Source: an uncultured Candidatus Rokubacteria bacterium
Lineage (GTDB): Bacteria > Methylomirabilota > Methylomirabilia > Rokubacteriales > CSP1-6
Assembly: GCA_963789955.1 (NCBI GenBank)
Contig: CAWBMV010000034.1
Location: 896,001-960,000, forward strand
Direction: 5' to 3'
DNA: 64,000 nucleotides
Part shown: one piece after another, positions 10,410 to 21,155 of the stretch
Position numbering within the stretch: position 1 is the stretch's first letter
How the letters are laid out: each line of letters opens with the position of its first letter
Translations under genes and position numbers: made by a program
Notes under the pieces: generated by a model
Database searches by the model: none
What the model was told of the DNA's origin: nothing
What the model saw: only the letters and a program-made list of their open reading frames with translations

Positions 10410-11148
10410 ATGCCAACCATCGAGCGCAATGGCGCGACCATCTACTACGAAGAGTTCGGCCATGGGTTTCCGATTCTCACGTTCGCGCCGGCGGGCCTGC
10501 AGTCGGTGATCGACGTCTGGAGCCGTCCTGCCGCGCCGGTGAACCCGACCACCGAGTTCGCCGGGAAGCTTCCGGGTGATCGCGATGGATCAGCGTAACG
10601 CCGGCGGTCGGTCGCGGGCACCGATCTCGGCGCAGGACGGCTGGCAGACCTATCTGGCCGACCACGTCGCCGTCCTCGATCACCTCGGTATCGAGCGCTG
10701 CCACCTGTACGGTCAGTGCATCGGCGGGTCGTTCATCATGAGCATGCTGAAGGCGCAGCCGCAGCGCATCGCGTCCGCCGTGCTCGCGCAGCCCATCGGC
10801 CGGGTGGGCGCGATGGCGCCCGGGCGCTCGGCCCGATTCAACGCGTGGGCCGAGACCCTCGCGGACCACCCCGAGGCGACGCCGCCGGTGCTGGACGCGT
10901 TGCACCAGAACCTGTACGGTCCGGGCTTCGTCTACAGCGTCGACCGCGCGTTCGTGTCGAGCTGCCAGACGCCCTGCATGGTCCTGGCGGGCAACGACGA
11001 GGCGCATCCGTTGCCGATCTCCGAGGAGGTCGCGAAGCTTCTGCCGAAGTGCGAGTTCGTCCGGGAGTGGAAGCAAGGACCGGCGCTCGCGGAAGCCAGA
11101 GTCCGTATCCAGCAGTTCCTGGCCAAGCACACACCGCCGGCTCGCTGA
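10410..11148 (+). CDS. Alpha/beta hydrolase; frameshift near 10565
   Basis: IYYEEFGHG, IAMDQRNAG, GQCIGG nucleophile elbow, GNDEAHP. Confidence 0.85.
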
Positions 11149-11180
11149 GCGGGCGAGCGTCGGGATCGATCGGGAAGACA

Positions 11181-11213
11181 CGCGCGGGGCGAGTCGGTGA
11201 CCCGCCCCGCGCG
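11181..11213. terminator. GC-rich hairpin between convergent genes
   Basis: 11-bp stem cgcgcggggcg / cgccccgcgcg; no U-tract. Confidence 0.55.
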
Positions 11214-11236
11214 ATTCGGACGAGCTCGCTACACCG

Positions 11237-11539
11237 CTAGGCGGTGCGAGCCGGCATCGCGACGACGGGGACGTCCTCCAGCACGCCGCGCTGATCGGCC
11301 AGGGCCAGCACGGCCTCGATCGTCTTCACGAGCTGCCGCGCCGCGTCCACGCTGAGCTCGACCGCCACGCGGGCGCCCGGGCCGAGCGCCTCGTTGACGA
11401 AATCGATGTTGAGCGCGTGCTCGAGCGGCAGATCGTACGGGTGATCGTAGGACACGTTGGCCTCGCGAACGTCGAACCACTCCGGGCCGCTCTTGCCTCG
11501 GCCCTGAATCTTCACCTGGTGCGCGATCATCGTGCACAT
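11237..11539 (-). CDS. Conserved hypothetical protein (DUF6295-like)
   Basis: MCTMI...GRGKSGPEWF...YDHP...EHALNIDF; RBS ggag upstream. Confidence 0.7.
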   Translation of the reverse strand: MCTMIAHQVKIQGRGKSGPEWFDVREANVSYDHPYDLPLEHALNIDFVNEALGPGARVAVELSVDAARQLVKTIEAVLALADQRGVLEDVPVVAMPARTA

Positions 11540-11561
11540 GGCTGGGCTCCTGGCCTCCGGG

Positions 11562-12326
11562 TTAGCGCAGCGTCCGGTCGGTGAACGCGAAGAGCTTCTT
11601 CCAGCCGTCCATGGCCTGCTCCTGACGGTAGGCCGGCCGGTCGTAGTAGAAAAAGCCGTGGCCCGCACCGTCGTAACGATGGAACTCGTACTGCTTGCCG
11701 TGCTTCTTGAGCTCCGCCTCGTGCTGGTTCACCTGCTCGGGCGTCGGCGACTTGTCCTCGTTGCCGAAGAGCCCGAGGATCGGGGCCGAGAGATCCTTGG
11801 TGTACTCGATGGGCGCGACCGGCTGGTTCGGCGTGAGCTCCTCCTTGGACATGACCACGCGCCCGCCCCAGCACTCGATCACCGCGTCGAGCCCCTTCAG
11901 TCGGCAGCCGGCGAGAAACGCGTGCCGGCCTCCCGAGCACGTGCCGAAGATACCGACCTTGCGAGTCACGTACGGCAGCGAGCGAAGCCAGGCGTTCGCG
12001 CCATCGAGGTCGCCGAGAACCCGAACGTCCGGCGCGCCGCCGGCGGCACGCACCTTGGCCGCGACGTCCTCGGGTGTCCCGTGGCCGTCCCGGAAGTACA
12101 GATTCGGGGAGATTGCCACGAAGCCGTGGTGGGCGAACTTGCGCGTGCACTCGCGGTACCACTCGTCCCAACCCGGCACGTGGTGGATGACGACCATGCC
12201 CGGGAACGGACCGGCGCCGAGCGGTCGCGCCACGTACGCGTTGATGACATCGCCGTTGTGGCCCCTCATGGTGATCGTCTCGGCGATCATGCCTTCGTAC
12301 TGATCGGTCTGGTACGCGTGAGCCAT
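11562..12326 (-). CDS. Dienelactone hydrolase family protein
   Basis: GTCSGG, GNED, YDGAGHGFF. Confidence 0.9.
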   Translation of the reverse strand: MAHAYQTDQYEGMIAETITMRGHNGDVINAYVARPLGAGPFPGMVVIHHVPGWDEWYRECTRKFAHHGFVAISPNLYFRDGHGTPEDVAAKVRAAGGAPDVRVLGDLDGANAWLRSLPYVTRKVGIFGTCSGGRHAFLAGCRLKGLDAVIECWGGRVVMSKEELTPNQPVAPIEYTKDLSAPILGLFGNEDKSPTPEQVNQHEAELKKHGKQYEFHRYDGAGHGFFYYDRPAYRQEQAMDGWKKLFAFTDRTLR

Positions 12327-12371
12327 GTCAGCCTTCCTCCCTGTGAGATGTGGAGCCCGATTATACGTAAA

Positions 12372-13943
12372 TCAGTTCTTTTTGAGACGGACCTCTTCGA
12401 GCGGCGCCGACCAGGGATACGGATTGATGAGCATCAGCGCCGGCTCCTCGACGCGAGGCCCCACACCGCTCGGCCAGATGTACTCCCAGATCGGGCCGAA
12501 TCGCACACGCTCGTGGACGAGCTGCTGGATCTGCTGCAGCAGCGCCTCGCGCTTGCGGCGATCGGTCACGAGGTACTGCTCCTTGTACAAGGCGTCGATG
12601 TCCGGGTAGCCGCCGTAGGCGTAGGTGCCGGTACTCGGGACGTGCTCCGACAGTCGCGAGGCCGCATTGCCGTAGGCGGCGGTCGCGCAGACACAGAGTC
12701 CGCGTAGCTTCTTCGCCTGCAGCGCCGACGTGTACGTGGCGCGCTCCATCGGCCGCATCTTCAGCCTGATGCCGACGGCGCCGAGATAGGTCACGATCGA
12801 TTCGCCCATCGAGAAATAGGGCGGAAGCTGATGCAGCTCGCCGGCGTCGAAGCCGTTGGGATACCCGGCCTCGGCCAAGAGCTGCTTCGCCTTCTTCGGA
12901 TCGTACGGATACGGCTCGATCGGCAGCGCGAACTCGAAGGTGCGCGGGACGAGGCTTCCGGCGGGCCTGGACGCCCCGAGCGTCTCCGCATCGCTCAGCG
13001 CGCGGCGGTCGATCGCGTAGTTCGCCGCGAGCCGCACGCGCTGATCGGCCCAGGGGGATTTCGGGTCCCACTGGTCGAGATAGTCCAGGAAGAACGTGGC
13101 GATCCCACCGGAGAAGGCGAGCTTCAAGGTCGGATCGCGCTTCACCTCGAGCGCCTGCGGCACGTCCAGCAGGTAGGCGACATCGACCTCGCCCCGCTTC
13201 AGCATCGCCGTTCGCGTGGTGGAGTCCGGAACACTCTTGAAGACGAGCCGCTTCACCGACGGCATCTTGCGCCAGTAGCCTTCGAACGCCTCCATGACCA
13301 GCTCGATCCCCGGCGCATGGCTGACGAACCGGTAGGGACCGAGACCGATCGGCTGCTTCTTGAACCCGTCGTCGCCGACCCGCTCGACGTACTTCTTGGG
13401 CACCACCCAGCTCGCCCCGCTCACCAAGGTTCCGTAGAACGTCATGAAGTCGGGCCACGCCTCCTGCAGGACAAAGCGCACGCGGTAGGGATCGACGACC
13501 ACCACCTCGCGCACCTTCTCGTGCAGGACCTTGGCGCCCTTGGCGCGCTGAAAGCTGAACTTCACGTCGTCGGCCGTGAAGGGGTCGCCGTTGTGAAACT
13601 TCAGTCCCTCACGCAGCTTGAATTCGTAGACGCGCTGATCCGCGCTGACCGTCCACGACTCGGCCAGGCTGGGCGTCATGAGATTGCCGGGCATCGGCTT
13701 CACGAGCGCGTCGTGGATCGCGTACAGCACCCAGAACGCGGTGAGACCCATGAACTCACCGGGATCGAACCAGACCGGCGACAAGGTCACGTACAGCGCC
13801 CAGCGCATCTCACCTTCCGGCCGGGGCTGCGACGTCGGCCTGGTTTGCGCGGCGACGTCGTCGACGGGACCCACCGCGAGAGACGCGCACAGCACACCGG
13901 CGACGACCACCGACCACCGCGGGATCTTTCGCGCAAGGTTCAT
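12372..13943 (-). CDS. ABC peptide/nickel-type substrate-binding protein (family 5)
   Basis: Signal peptide, SLAESW, LREGLKFHNGDPFTADDVKFS, PIGLGPY, YDPKKAKQLLAEAG. Confidence 0.92.
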   Translation of the reverse strand: MNLARKIPRWSVVVAGVLCASLAVGPVDDVAAQTRPTSQPRPEGEMRWALYVTLSPVWFDPGEFMGLTAFWVLYAIHDALVKPMPGNLMTPSLAESWTVSADQRVYEFKLREGLKFHNGDPFTADDVKFSFQRAKGAKVLHEKVREVVVVDPYRVRFVLQEAWPDFMTFYGTLVSGASWVVPKKYVERVGDDGFKKQPIGLGPYRFVSHAPGIELVMEAFEGYWRKMPSVKRLVFKSVPDSTTRTAMLKRGEVDVAYLLDVPQALEVKRDPTLKLAFSGGIATFFLDYLDQWDPKSPWADQRVRLAANYAIDRRALSDAETLGASRPAGSLVPRTFEFALPIEPYPYDPKKAKQLLAEAGYPNGFDAGELHQLPPYFSMGESIVTYLGAVGIRLKMRPMERATYTSALQAKKLRGLCVCATAAYGNAASRLSEHVPSTGTYAYGGYPDIDALYKEQYLVTDRRKREALLQQIQQLVHERVRFGPIWEYIWPSGVGPRVEEPALMLINPYPWSAPLEEVRLKKN

Positions 13944-13968
13944 CTCGGTCTCCCCGCCCTCAGGGCGT

Positions 13969-15204
13969 CTAGCGCGAAGCGGAGATGCGGCTCCCGTCCT
14001 TCGTCGGCGCGCCGGCGGGCGCGTCGATGTTGTAGAGGCGCGCGCAGTTGGTCCACAGGATCTTGCGGCGTACGTCGTCGCCGAACGGCAGCCCGAAGAA
14101 CTGCTCCATCGCCTCGGGGAACGCGCCGTCGGAGTGCGGGTAGTCGGTCGAGACGACGAAGTAGTCGGCGCCCATCTTGTTGACGACGTCGACCGCGGGC
14201 TCTTCGTCCACGTCGAGCGCGATGTAGCACTGCCGCTTGAAGTACTCGCTCGGCAGCATCGACAGCTGATGCTCGCAGCCCGGGCCGAACTTCTCCCACT
14301 GGTCGTCGAGCCGCCACAGCCACCAGTAGAGCCAGCCGGCGGTGCCTTCGAGGAAGGCGGCGCGCAGCCGCGGATGGCGCTCGAGGATCCCGCCGGTCGT
14401 CATGCTGGCGATCGCGCCCATCAGCTCGACCGGATTACGAATCGCGTGGGCGATCGGGTGGAAATTGGCGTGACCGACGAAGCGCCGCCCGGCGTCGTCC
14501 TTGAGCGAGGTGTTGCCGGTCGGATGAAAGCCGATCGGCACGTCGAGCTCCTCGAGCGCGCTCCACAGCGGCTCGCAGGCCTCGTCGTGCAGGTGCTGAC
14601 CGTTGACGGGGTTCGGCGTGCCGATGATCCCGACGGCGCCGAGCTCCCGAACGCACCGCCGCGCTTCCTCGATCGCCAGCGGAATGCTGTGCATCGCGAT
14701 CTGCGCGGCGAACTTGAGCCGCCCCGGCTGGCTCCGGCAATAGTCGTGCGCCCAGTTGTTGTAGGCGCGTGCCAGCGCCGCCGCGTAGTCGGGCGCCAGG
14801 TCGTCGTGCATCAGGATCTGTCGCCCGCGCGTCCCGTACATGACGGCGACGTCGACGCCCTCGATGTCCATCGCGGTCAGGGTCGAATCCGGATCGAAGC
14901 CGCGTCCGCGCGCGACCTGAAAGTGCGGATGCCGCGCGCGACTCCGGCGCCGTAGCTCGCGGCTCGACGCGGTGGCCGCGTTCGCCGTGGCGTGCGCGGG
15001 AATCGCAAGCCCCTGGACCTCCATGCCCATGATGGCGTCGGCGTTGCCCTTGTCCTCGGTGCTCTCGCTGAGCTTTCGTTGCTGCCCTCCGAAGAACCGC
15101 GGCGGGTTCTCCCGATGCCGGCCTTCGAGGTAGCGGGCCCACAGATCGTCCGGTTCCATCATGTGAAGGTCGCTGTCGAGGATCAGATATCCGTCGCGGG
15201 CCAT
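13969..15204 (-). CDS. Amidohydrolase_2 family protein
   Basis: DSDLH, AYNNW, GFHP, FLEG, STDYPH, NCARLY. Confidence 0.9.
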   Translation of the reverse strand: MARDGYLILDSDLHMMEPDDLWARYLEGRHRENPPRFFGGQQRKLSESTEDKGNADAIMGMEVQGLAIPAHATANAATASSRELRRRSRARHPHFQVARGRGFDPDSTLTAMDIEGVDVAVMYGTRGRQILMHDDLAPDYAAALARAYNNWAHDYCRSQPGRLKFAAQIAMHSIPLAIEEARRCVRELGAVGIIGTPNPVNGQHLHDEACEPLWSALEELDVPIGFHPTGNTSLKDDAGRRFVGHANFHPIAHAIRNPVELMGAIASMTTGGILERHPRLRAAFLEGTAGWLYWWLWRLDDQWEKFGPGCEHQLSMLPSEYFKRQCYIALDVDEEPAVDVVNKMGADYFVVSTDYPHSDGAFPEAMEQFFGLPFGDDVRRKILWTNCARLYNIDAPAGAPTKDGSRISASR

Positions 15205-15428
15205 GTCACACCTCCAGCGGTTTCGAGAAGGCCTGGGTTCGCGGGTGCCGACGCCCGCCGATTATCTCCAGAAGGGCAGGCGAGATAAAGGCCTCGTCGC
15301 CGGGGGAACAGGTCTCCCCTGCGATCCCTTTAGGTGTTCACCCGATTGTGCGTGCCTCATGCGCGAACCACAGTCAGACAGATCTAGTTGAAGAATGTGC
15401 CGCCGACTCGAATTTGGGGGTACTCGTC

Positions 15429-17269
15429 ATGACCCGCCTCATCCGCTCGTCGCGATCCTGCATCGTGGCGCTCGCGCTCGTTCTGCTCTCCGTGCCCGTC
15501 ATCGTGGCGGTGCAGCTTGTCTCCGATATCGGCTTCGCCCTCGCGAAGGGCCCAGGCGGTGGTGGCGGAAGCGGCAGCGGGTCCGGCAGCGGGCGGTAAC
15601 GGCAGTGGCGGGGGGAAGGCGGCAGCGGTAACGGCGGTGGCGCTGGGGCAGGCGCGGGCGCCGCGGCAGGCGGGGTCGGCGTCAGCGGGGCCACGGGGCC
15701 AGGCGGCGCCGGCGCGTCGGCCGGAGCTGGCGTTGGCGGGGTCGGGGTCAGCGGCGCGGCGGGAGCGGGCGGTCCCGGAGGTTCTGCCGGGCCGGGTGCA
15801 GGCGGGGTCGGGGTCAGCGGTGCGGCGGGGTCGGCGGTACCGGGAGTGCGGCCGGGCCGGGCGCAGGCGGGGCGGGGTCAGTGGTGCCGCGGCCTCCGGT
15901 AACGGCGGTGCGGCTGGCGGGGCGGGCGCAGGCGGAGCCGCTGGCCCTGCCGGGGCCGCCGCGGGTGGAGTCGGCGTCGGCGCTGCGGCTGGGCCGGGGA
16001 ACGGCGCCGCTGCTGCGGGCGGGGTTGGAGCCAACGGCACCGCAGCGCCTGGTGCCGGCTCGCCAGGCCCGAGCGGAGACGCGACCTCTGACGGTATCAG
16101 CGCCGCCGGCATGAGCACCGCAACCTCCGGCGCGGAAATCGCCCGACCGCGCCGGATCTATGACCTGTCGGAGCCTGAGCGCGCCGCTCAGGCCGCGGCG
16201 AAAGGCGCCGAGGAAGCCGCACGACGCGCTGCGCTCGCCGGCGATACGGCGCCGCGCAACGGCCTGCGACAGGTGAAGGACGATCCGTCCGCGGCGCGGC
16301 CGGACTCGTCGACCGCGATCGCGGAGGCCTCGAGGGACGCGGCACGGTACGCGGCGGATGCGTCGCGCGACGCATCGCGGGCCGCGGCCGCGGCCACTCG
16401 CGCGGCCAACATCGCAACTCCGGACGCGGCGGTCGTTGTCCAGGTCGAATCGGCTCGGGCGCGCGCCGCGGCCGAGCGGGCGTGGGAAGCCGTCGACGAA
16501 GCCGCGGATCGGCCCGCTCGAGTTCTCGCCCGCGGTCGCCGTCATCGCGACCTCTTCGCCCGGACTATTTCAGAATCTGCGGCGCGGCATGCAGGCCGAG
16601 TCCAGCTTCACGCGGGGAAACACGCTGCTCGAGGCGCGCAAATACCGGGAGGCGCGCGATCAGTTCGCGGAGGCGACGGCGCTCTATCCCGAGCACGACC
16701 AGGCCCGAGCGATGCTCGGGTGGTCCGAGTACTTCCTCGGAGACTTCCGTGGCGCCGTCATCACGTTCAAGACGGCGCTGCGGCGTCAACCGACGTGGGA
16801 AGGTCTCTACAACGGTCTGGGTTGGAGTCGGCTCCGTCTCGGCCGCTACCAGATGGCCGCCGCGGCGTTCCAATCCGCGCTCGACCGCAACCCCGATTAC
16901 GTCGACGCCCTCAATGGTCTCGGCTCGGCACAGTTCGAGCGGGCCAACTACGAGGTGGCTCTTCCCGCGCTCGAAAAAGCGCTCGACGGGTCGCGACGTG
17001 CTCTGAGCGCCGAGCCTCCCGAGGCGACGATCTTGAGGGGGAAGATGGCGTGGAGCCTCTACTACCTCGAGCGGCACCGCGAGGCGCTCGCGATGTTCAT
17101 CCGCGCCAGCCTGGCCGCGCCGGATTCGTATCAGTACCAGGTGGGCATGGGCTGGTCCTACCTCAAGCTCGGCCAGAAGGACGATGCACGAGCGGCGTTT
17201 CGGCGGGCCATGAAGCTGGGCCCGAGCGACGAGGCGGCACGCGAAGGCCTCCGGCGCGCCGGGATCTGA
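15429..17269 (+). CDS. Probable single exported protein: signal/TM, Gly/Ala-rich repeats, Ala-rich helix, TPR domain; several frameshifts
   Basis: Hydrophobic N-terminus, repeated GGVGVSGAAG-like units at 15550-16080, TPR motifs (LYNGLGWS, ALNGLGSA, VGMGWSY) at 16590-17269; the fusion is inferred. Confidence 0.6.
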
Positions 17270-17284
17270 ACGCGGAGCCCTGTC

Positions 17285-18333
17285 ATGAGCACGCAGCCGG
17301 TCGCACCGACGGACCAGACGCCTCGCGCCGAACATCCTCATCGGTGCACGGCCGGCCATCGATGGCAGCACGATGGACCGACGGCGGTCACCTGCCAGAT
17401 TCCGACCTACGATCGGGTCTCCGGCGATCTGCCGTTCGTGAGCCCTGCGGATTGTCCGGTATGCAGCGGGCGGAGCGATCTGCTGATCAGAGAGCTCCAC
17501 ACGCACTACTGCAACATGTGCGATGGAGAGTGGGAGCACGACGGTCGGTGTCTCGACAGTCTGGCTGCTTGTTGCCCCTGGTGTTTTGCCGAAGTCCGAC
17601 TCGGAGCCGGCGGCCGGCGCTCGCCGAGGATCGCACTTCCACTTCTGCTCGGAATGCGGACAGAACTGGCGGCATGCGATCGGATGCTCGGCCCCGCTGC
17701 GTGCGGCGCTTCCAGAGTGCACGGGGTGCCAGGGTCCACTCGCGGTGGGAGACGCAGAGCCGCGGGTGGCGCCCGCGCCCACTCAGCTTCGTGTTGCGCG
17801 GGCCGTGGGCGACCGCCTCAGGCCGTTCGCCTTTCGAGCAAGCATCGCCGCGATGGCGCTCCTGGCGATACCCGTCGCACTCACGGGATATTCGACGCTA
17901 TGGAGACCGGTACTCGATGAGGCACCGCCTCTCGACGCCGGTCCCTGCAGCGCCGCCGGTGATAGCGACCACGCGGGATCTGGCCCTGCCGCCCGCGCCG
18001 CCGACGCCCGAGCCCAGGAAAGAGGTTCGTCGCGCCGCTCCGGCACCGCGGCCGCGAATCGAACGTTCGCGAGAGGCTGACTTGCTGCCGAAGCCGGTGG
18101 CGCCTCCTTCGCAGCCAGCGACGCCTTCTCCGCACCCGGCCATCGTGCAAGGGTCGCCCGCGCCGCCGCCGTTCAAACCCGAGCCATCCGCGGCTCGATC
18201 CGAGCTCGTCGCCGAGTCGGCTTCTCGGGTGCGCGAGGCTCCGCCGGCTTCGACTGAAACTGCGTCAGTCGCCACACCCGTTCGAGCGGAGGTGCTCGCT
18301 CCATCCCTGGCGCGCCGCCGTTCGGGGGGTTGA
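17285..18333 (+). CDS. Hypothetical membrane protein with three His/Cys repeats, one TM helix and a Pro-rich tail; frameshifts near 17588 and 17930
   Basis: HPHRC...WQH, HTHYCNMC...WEH, HFHFCSEC...WRH; TM IAAMALLAIPVALTG. Confidence 0.6.
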
Positions 18334-18381
18334 GCGGCAGCAGCGGTCTAGACACCTCGCTCGACGGCCATCCGCGGCGCG

Positions 18382-18939
18382 TCACTCGATAATCGCGCTC
18401 CGGCCGCGTCGCCACGGCGTGGCCAGCGCTGTCGTTTGCGTCACGCCCCATCGCGCCGGTAAGATTGCAATCAGCCGGTCGCGCAGGACGTCGGCAAGCG
18501 GAACAGGAGTGGCACTCCGTTCAAGCGCGGTACCGCGATCCCCGTCGGCATAGTTCCACGCCATAAAGGCCAGAATCACAACCAATGTGATGATCACAAA
18601 GAAGAGCAGCGGAAAGAGGTCCGTGCGCCGTTGCACTCGATTCAATTCAGCCAACAGGACTGTCGATGATGCATCCGACATCCGCCCGACATCCCCACTG
18701 TCTATTACCTCAGGAACGATCTGTACTTCAGTCCCTGGATGTCGAGGAGGACGATCAACACGAGGTGCCCCAAGTGTTTGGCGATAGTAAAGGCCGCCCC
18801 GTCCCAAATGAATATAGCTGCCACGCGGACCTACTCCAATTCGCGCACCTTTGACGCCAAATGACGCTCCCAGGCCCGATCTTGAAAGGTTGAGCCGCAG
18901 TGGACCGAAGTTGAAGCCTTTCCTGATGTAGAACCCCAC
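18382..18939 (-). CDS. DUF4236 domain protein, probably truncated
   Basis: GFYIRKGFNFGPLRLNLSRSGLGASFGVKGARIG...GLYYR; one TM helix. Confidence 0.8.
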   Translation of the reverse strand: MGFYIRKGFNFGPLRLNLSRSGLGASFGVKGARIGVGPRGSYIHLGRGGLYYRQTLGAPRVDRPPRHPGTEVQIVPEVIDSGDVGRMSDASSTVLLAELNRVQRRTDLFPLLFFVIITLVVILAFMAWNYADGDRGTALERSATPVPLADVLRDRLIAILPARWGVTQTTALATPWRRGRSAIIE

Positions 18940-19110
18940 GCTACCCAATCCTCCCGTGAAACAGCCGCCCGAATTAGCAGCAACCTAAAGCGGACGAGGT
19001 ATACCAGCGTCTACCCGCCGTGAAGGATGGTCGAGAGCAGCCTCTCATTTCTGTTCCAAAGTGCTCATTTGGGTTCTCCGATGTGGGCGCGGCCCACAAG
19101 CGGGGCAAAC

Positions 19111-19200
19111 GTGAGGCTGAGAGCGAGAACGACCGCGAGCCCGATCAGCCGATGGGCACCTCGGTGGAGGATTGCTGGCGGGAGTCTAGCAGACCTGAAC
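19111..19200 (-). repeat. Promoter-RBS-signal-peptide cassette copy 1 (heads a signal-peptide-only stub, start codon damaged)
   Basis: Plus strand gcacctcggtggaggattgctggcgggagtctag plus LIGLAVVLALSL codons. Confidence 0.85.
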
Positions 19201-19303
19201 TATGGGCGGTGTGGCTCCAGCGTCCGGTTGATGACCGCCCCGCACGTGCAGGTCATCCGCACGCGCTCCCCGTCCGCCCCGCCGTCCAGCTCGCCGCAGT
19301 GTA
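19200..19303 (-). pseudogene. Small Cys-containing family E remnant
   Basis: HCGELDGGADGERVRMTCTCGAVINR; paralog near 28162-28260 (GVEGDRVWMTCTC). Confidence 0.6.
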
Positions 19304-19375
19304 GTCGGCGAGAGTTAACAACCCGAAGGTTGCTGGATAGATTGGGCACTCGTTGCTGCTGCGGAGGCCGTTTTC

Positions 19376-19714
19376 GTGATGTCATCACCTCAGATCTGCG
19401 CGTTACTTCTCGTGGTCTTCATCGCCGGTTGCACGAAATACTACTGGGAAGCGCCCGGCCGCGACGTGACGACATTCCAGGCAGACAGCGGGTCCTGTAT
19501 CCAGGAAGCGATCGAGAAGGACCGCGTCAACGTGGCCGCTGGGCTCGCGTCCGCCGGCCGGGAGACGATCTATAAGCGCTGTATGATCAACAAAGGCTGG
19601 AAGCGGACCGAGACGTCTGTTGGTCTCGACCATCAGTTCAGAGGACCCGAGGACGACGCCGAGTTTGACCAGCCGCCGCCACCGATGAGCGGCGTGCGTT
19701 ACCAGAAGTATTAG
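19376..19714 (+). CDS. Hypothetical lipoprotein
   Basis: Lipobox IAGC; D...C and YKRCMINKGW motifs. Confidence 0.7.
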   Translation: MMSSPQICALLLVVFIAGCTKYYWEAPGRDVTTFQADSGSCIQEAIEKDRVNVAAGLASAGRETIYKRCMINKGWKRTETSVGLDHQFRGPEDDAEFDQPPPPMSGVRYQKY

Positions 19715-19775
19715 CTCCAATTCAGAAACAGCGGGTGCCGCAGCGTCCCACTCGGCATCACGTGCCAGAGGTGAA

Positions 19776-19982
19776 GTGATGCTGAGTGAAGGCTACCAAG
19801 ACGGGTTCCGCGACGGCTGGTCCGATCAACGCGACGGGCGGAAGCCGAGCAGTGTGCCAACGAACGACTACTACGGCCGGGAGTACCGCCGTGGCTACGA
19901 AGGAGGCGCTCGCGCCTACGCGCAGCGCCTTGAAGGCCGCTCCGAGCGCCGCTCCACTGCGTCCCGCGATGAGGTGGCGTGA
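19776..19982 (+). CDS. Small hypothetical protein (GYxxGF/GY repeats)
   Basis: RBS gaggtg upstream; GYQDGFRDG, EYRRGYEGG. Confidence 0.4.
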   Translation: MMLSEGYQDGFRDGWSDQRDGRKPSSVPTNDYYGREYRRGYEGGARAYAQRLEGRSERRSTASRDEVA

Positions 19983-20032
19983 TGTTCTCGTGCAAGCAGA
20001 CCGCCATGGCGGGATGATAGCGCCGATGGGGT

Positions 20033-20335
20033 TCAGGCTCGCTTCACGCTGACTTTCTCGTAAGACCCCCACAGCTTTACCTCAGTGACGCCAGGCTGAT
20101 TCACCCGCTGGACCCGTGCGTGCGTGGTCTTCCCACCCGCCGTCGTGTAGGGCCGTCCGACCACTTCCCACTCGCCAGTTGAGTCAGTGAGCCGATCGCC
20201 GATCTGGAGCTGCATGGGGAGGACACGAGTGGTGCCGGGCGGCTCGGGCGGTGGCATCCCAGGGAGCGGAGGCTGTGTGGGCTTCGGTACCGGCTTGGAC
20301 TTCTGGCGTTTCTTTTGGGGGCGCGGTCTAGCCAA
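20033..20335 (-). CDS. Hypothetical family B protein
   Basis: LPMQLQIGDRLTDSTGEWEVVGRPYTTAGGK; paralog at 38067-38333. Confidence 0.75.
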   Translation of the reverse strand: MARPRPQKKRQKSKPVPKPTQPPLPGMPPPEPPGTTRVLPMQLQIGDRLTDSTGEWEVVGRPYTTAGGKTTHARVQRVNQPGVTEVKLWGSYEKVSVKRA

Positions 20336-20759
20336 CCGAGTTTTCGTCTGCCAGCCTGCCGTCCATACGGTTGGCCTCGAGTGCTCGTGTCACCAGAGAG
20401 CCCAGCTCGTCGAGCTTGATCGGTTGAGGGATGAAGGCGAACGCGCCCATGGAAAGGCATCTCTCACTTGCTTGCTCAGCTGCTGAGGCAACAATCACGG
20501 GGAGTGAGCTATGGTGAACCCGCATCTGATGGAGAAAGCCCATGGCCTCCTCGTAACCCACCGGGGCGACCTTGCGTGTCCAACGGACTCGGAGGCTGAG
20601 AAGCAGAACCAAGTCAAAAGAGCGACGTGACAGTGTCGTCATCGCCTCGTCGCAGCACTCGACCGACGCAACCTCGTAATCACCGAGGTGACGGAGGTAG
20701 TCGCGCAGCATCGGGGCCATTCCTTCGCTTCCGACTAGCAAAACTTGCCGTCTAGCCAT
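20328..20759 (-). CDS. Stand-alone degenerate receiver domain protein
   Basis: Receiver fold pattern (FDLVLL, PVIV, GAFAFIPQP) but acidic pocket, phospho-Asp and Lys are substituted. Confidence 0.7.
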   Translation of the reverse strand: MARRQVLLVGSEGMAPMLRDYLRHLGDYEVASVECCDEAMTTLSRRSFDLVLLLSLRVRWTRKVAPVGYEEAMGFLHQMRVHHSSLPVIVASAAEQASERCLSMGAFAFIPQPIKLDELGSLVTRALEANRMDGRLADENSVG

Positions 20760-20903
20760 CCCGCACTCGCTTGTCTCAGTGCCCCCCGCCCGCTGCATCG
20801 CGTGCCCGGCACCACGTCTGCCGTCTCGTGGACGGCGGTCAGACGGTGCTCGGTGACCGTCACTGATAACTACATCGGAAGCGTGATAGCTCAGATGCTC
20901 TCA

Positions 20904-21155
20904 TCACACGAACCGCACGAGATAACCGCGCTCGATCGCCTCAGCAGCTACCGCGGCGACGATGGCGCTGCTGACGATGCGATCGCCGTTGGGTAGCGGC
21001 TCGGCGAGGAATTTTTCGGACCACACGTGCGCCTCGGGTGTCAGCGTGCGAAGGACAAAATTGGTGTCGTCCGTCGACTCGATCTCGAAGTGCGTGAGCC
21101 GCTGCTTGGTGAACAGTCCACGCAGGATGCGTTCGATCACCGGCTCTGCCAGCAC
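20904..21155 (-). CDS. Hypothetical protein
   Basis: Protein-like composition only. Confidence 0.4.
   Translation of the reverse strand: MLAEPVIERILRGLFTKQRLTHFEIESTDDTNFVLRTLTPEAHVWSEKFLAEPLPNGDRIVSSAIVAAVAAEAIERGYLVRFV

Noticed and set aside
12350..12372. ttatacgtaaat as a dif/XerD half-site
   Set aside because: Poor match and no XerC arm at the right spacing
15550..16080. Collagen-like domain
   Set aside because: No sustained Gly-X-Y periodicity
15517..18333. 938-aa ORF as a real protein
   Set aside because: Mostly an Arg/Ala-rich shadow frame that stitches together parts of two frameshifted genes
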